From the NCBI RefSeq assembly GCF_000023965.1, contig NC_013202.1, positions 2,610,001 to 2,642,000 of the forward strand: DNA of 32,000 nt. Reading direction: 5' to 3'. A program made the translations under genes and the position numbers. Positions 29,613 through 32,000 of this stretch are shown here, one piece after another; the stretch's first letter is position 1; each line of letters begins with the position of its first letter. The stretch comes from Halomicrobium mukohataei DSM 12286 (GTDB lineage Archaea > Halobacteriota > Halobacteria > Halobacteriales > Haloarculaceae). Below the pieces are notes generated by a model. The model saw only the letters and a program-made list of their open reading frames with translations. It was not told where the DNA came from and did no database searches.

Positions 29613-32000
29613 TCAGTTGCCGCTCTCGGTCGCGGTGTCGGTCTCCTGTTCGGGCGTCGCCGTCGGGGTCGATGTCGTCGTCTCGTCGGTCGTCTCTGAG
29701 CCGTCGGTCCCGTCGGTCGTCTCGGAGTTGCCGGTGTCGCTGGTCGTGTTCGTTCCGTCGGTCTCGTTCTCGGACGGCGAGAGATCGATCTCCGAGCTGT
29801 TCATCTCGACTTCGGCCGGCTCCTCGTCGACGCCAAGCACCTGTCCCTCCGAGACGTCGGTCGTTCCGCTCCACTGGGTGAGCGTGCGGTTGTCGACGCT
29901 ACCGGCACGGAACTGGTAGCTGCTGTTGGCTCTGACCGAGACGTTCGTGTAGCCGTTGTCCGGTCCGAACTCGTCGTACCCAGTCGTCGAGTACGGGACG
30001 GTCATCGTGAACGTCCCGTCGTCGCTCGTTCGGGTCTGTTGGGTGTAGGTGAACGTCTCGTCGGAGGCGGGGTTGTACATCTCGACGCTCGCCTGCACGG
30101 TCGCGTTCTCGGGACCGGTTCCCTCGACGGTCGCGCCGGGAACGCGCTCGAAGACCTTCAACCACTGCGGGGCCGTGTCGTGGAAGACCTGCTGTTCGAT
30201 CCCCTCCGGCAGACACGCGATCTGTCCCGGGCCGGACTCTGCGACCCGGAGTGTCACGTCAGAGGTACACTCCGCGGTACTGTTGACACGCTGATAGCCC
30301 AGTCCAGAGGCCGCGGCGGACTGTAGCAGACCGCGGTTGTACTGACCGCTCGCCGTCGCGGACTGCTCGCTGGTGCCGACGAGTCGGTAGTGTTCCATCG
30401 CGGGGACGCGTTCGGACGGGAGCGCACCGATCCCGCCGACGCTCGACGTGGAGTCGTTGGCCGTGTACGCGCGTGCTTCTTCGAGCGTCTGGGTCTGGAA
30501 GATCGCCCGCTGGCCGTCGACCTGTGCGACCTGTCGGCCCTGTAGCGTGCTCGGTTCCCAGTCGACGCCGATCGGTCGTGGCTCGACGGCACTGCCGTGG
30601 TAGCGGTAGAGACGCACCACAGTGCTGTTGTAGTAGGCCTGTCGCTGGTGGACGAAAGACGGGCCCCGGAGCGACTGTGCGCGACTGGAGTAGACCGGAC
30701 TGTAGTAGTCCTGCTGGCTGACCTCCGACACGTCGTAGAAGTTCGGCGGCGCGAAGAACTTCCCGCCGACGTTGCCGTTGGTCTCGGCCATCTTCCAGTC
30801 GACGGCGACGTAGCGGGTCTCGGCCTCGGAGCTGTTCTCGCTCACCGTGTCGAGCGCGTCGTTGGCCTGGGTCTCGTTGGGGGCCAGCAGGAAGTTCGCG
30901 GCCTCGGTGGCACCCTGCTGGAACGGGTTGGCGGTCGGAATCCGCTGGCCCTGGGCGGTTATCCAGTGGCCGTAGTCCCACCACGAGAGGACGCCGTACT
31001 GACCGTCTTCGTAGTCGAAGTCGCCGACGTTGGGGAAGGTCCCGTAGTGGTCGAGTTCGTTCGAGGCACCGCCGAAGGTCCCCTCGGCGGGCGTGTGGTT
31101 CTGCATCCAGTCGAGTCCGTCGCTCCAGCCCTCGATACCCTGACCGGGGCTGTCGTATCGGTCGATGTCTGTCGGGGACGCGACCGCGACCATCGGTGCG
31201 ACGACGAGGACGGCGATCGCGGCGACGGTGAGGACCTGGTACGTCTCGACGTTGATCCCGTCGCCGTCGACGATCGAACGGTCGCCGTCAGCGAGGTATC
31301 GGAGCACGGCACCGACCGCGTAGGCCGTCAGTCCGCCGATCGGCACTGCGAGGTAGTAGGCGAACCGCGCCTGCGTGATCGTGGCGGCCGTGACGAACGC
31401 CGCCCAGACCACGACGAGGAGCTGCTGGGGCTCGACCTTCGAGCCGATCAGGTTCCGAACGACGACGAGGGCCCCGGCAGCGAGTGCGATGAACGTCGCG
31501 AAGCCGTGCATCTGGAACAGTGCGATCGCCGGCCGGCGCATCGGCGTGATCTCGCCGATCGTCCCGGCCGTCGCGGACGGCCCGATACCGAGGACGCCGC
31601 CGAAGATCCGGACCAGGTTCCGGGCGAACAGATCGTAGATGCCCGGGGTCGCGAGCTGTGCGAAGACGACACCGAGGACGAGGATACTCAGGATCGTCAG
31701 CGGATAGAACACCGTGTCGATGTCGCGGTCGTCCCAGAAGCGTGCCAGCCAGGCCATGAACACGCAGCCGGCGGCGACGCCGAACGCGAGCGTCGGGTGT
31801 AGCAGCGAGAAGACGCCGACCCTGAACTCGGCGGCGGTGATCGGGATGAACATCAGGACCCCGGTCACGCCCAGTGCGACGGCACCGGCGATCGCCGTGT
31901 GCTCCGGGCTCTCGCCGCGGACGAACTCGATCGTCAGCTGGAAGAGCAGGTAGACGCCGACGATGCCCAGCAGGAGGACGCCGAAGGGCCAGACCCACAG
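29613..32000 (-). CDS. aglB: Archaeal oligosaccharyltransferase AglB (STT3 family), N-terminus beyond the window edge
   Basis: The WWDYGHWIT motif is present, with a multi-pass N-terminal region and a large C-terminal soluble domain. The frame stays open from 31868 to 32000 (LWVWPFGVLLLGIVGVYLLF...), so the GTG start in the track is not the true start. Confidence 0.9.
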   Translation of the reverse strand: MWVWPFGVLLLGIVGVYLLFQLTIEFVRGESPEHTAIAGAVALGVTGVLMFIPITAAEFRVGVFSLLHPTLAFGVAAGCVFMAWLARFWDDRDIDTVFYPLTILSILVLGVVFAQLATPGIYDLFARNLVRIFGGVLGIGPSATAGTIGEITPMRRPAIALFQMHGFATFIALAAGALVVVRNLIGSKVEPQQLLVVVWAAFVTAATITQARFAYYLAVPIGGLTAYAVGAVLRYLADGDRSIVDGDGINVETYQVLTVAAIAVLVVAPMVAVASPTDIDRYDSPGQGIEGWSDGLDWMQNHTPAEGTFGGASNELDHYGTFPNVGDFDYEDGQYGVLSWWDYGHWITAQGQRIPTANPFQQGATEAANFLLAPNETQANDALDTVSENSSEAETRYVAVDWKMAETNGNVGGKFFAPPNFYDVSEVSQQDYYSPVYSSRAQSLRGPSFVHQRQAYYNSTVVRLYRYHGSAVEPRPIGVDWEPSTLQGRQVAQVDGQRAIFQTQTLEEARAYTANDSTSSVGGIGALPSERVPAMEHYRLVGTSEQSATASGQYNRGLLQSAAASGLGYQRVNSTAECTSDVTLRVAESGPGQIACLPEGIEQQVFHDTAPQWLKVFERVPGATVEGTGPENATVQASVEMYNPASDETFTYTQQTRTSDDGTFTMTVPYSTTGYDEFGPDNGYTNVSVRANSSYQFRAGSVDNRTLTQWSGTTDVSEGQVLGVDEEPAEVEMNSSEIDLSPSENETDGTNTTSDTGNSETTDGTDGSETTDETTTSTPTATPEQETDTATESGN

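Noticed and set aside
30597-31802. 401-aa plus-strand ORF opposite aglB, plus the 236-aa and 241-aa Arg-rich minus-strand alternate-frame ORFs
   Set aside because: These are shadow ORFs. The aglB frame contains WWDYGHW and a coherent multi-TM N-terminal region.

Overview
The window looks like a core chromosomal segment of a halophilic archaeon (class Halobacteria). Supporting evidence: GC is roughly two-thirds with very high third-codon-position GC, and the predicted proteins are strongly acidic. It also carries a Tat (RRxFL) signal peptide, archaeal Top6A/B, AglB, and TATA-like boxes 25-35 nt upstream of most start codons, which suggests leaderless or short-leader mRNAs.

I can support about 30 real genes. 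From left to right:
- ATP-dependent DNA ligase, an MBL-fold hydrolase and a DJ-1/PfpI protein.
- The top6B-top6A operon, placed divergently from gyrB-gyrA.
- An FNR-like oxidoreductase, an AGE-family epimerase and an arginase.
- A winged-helix protein next to a secreted S8 halolysin-like protease carrying two CBM5/12 modules, then NDH-2.
- A nucleoside-catabolism cluster: phosphohexomutase-family mutase, cdd and udp.
- UPF0212, an XRE-CBS regulator, and purM followed by a duplicated 3-prime fragment of itself.
- A translationally coupled TraB-family / M50 site-2-protease pair.
- PadR, an acidic hypothetical protein, a small zinc-finger protein, and the 3-prime two-thirds of aglB, which runs off the right edge.

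I saw no rRNA, tRNA, CRISPR array, transposase or integrase. Most long ORFs in the six-frame track are Arg/Pro/Ser-rich shadows of real genes in this high-GC DNA. Several track ORFs are also over-extended at their N-termini.

The best candidate for an under-described system is the ATGA-overlapped TraB/TIKI-superfamily and minimal S2P (M50) membrane pair. Other points worth follow-up:
- The in-frame, 97%-identical purM 3-prime remnant.
- The chitin-binding protease with a 9-bp (DGG)n tandem repeat.
- The mutase-cdd-udp cluster.
- The shared top6/gyr control region.

All functional calls come from motif recognition by eye; no database search was run.
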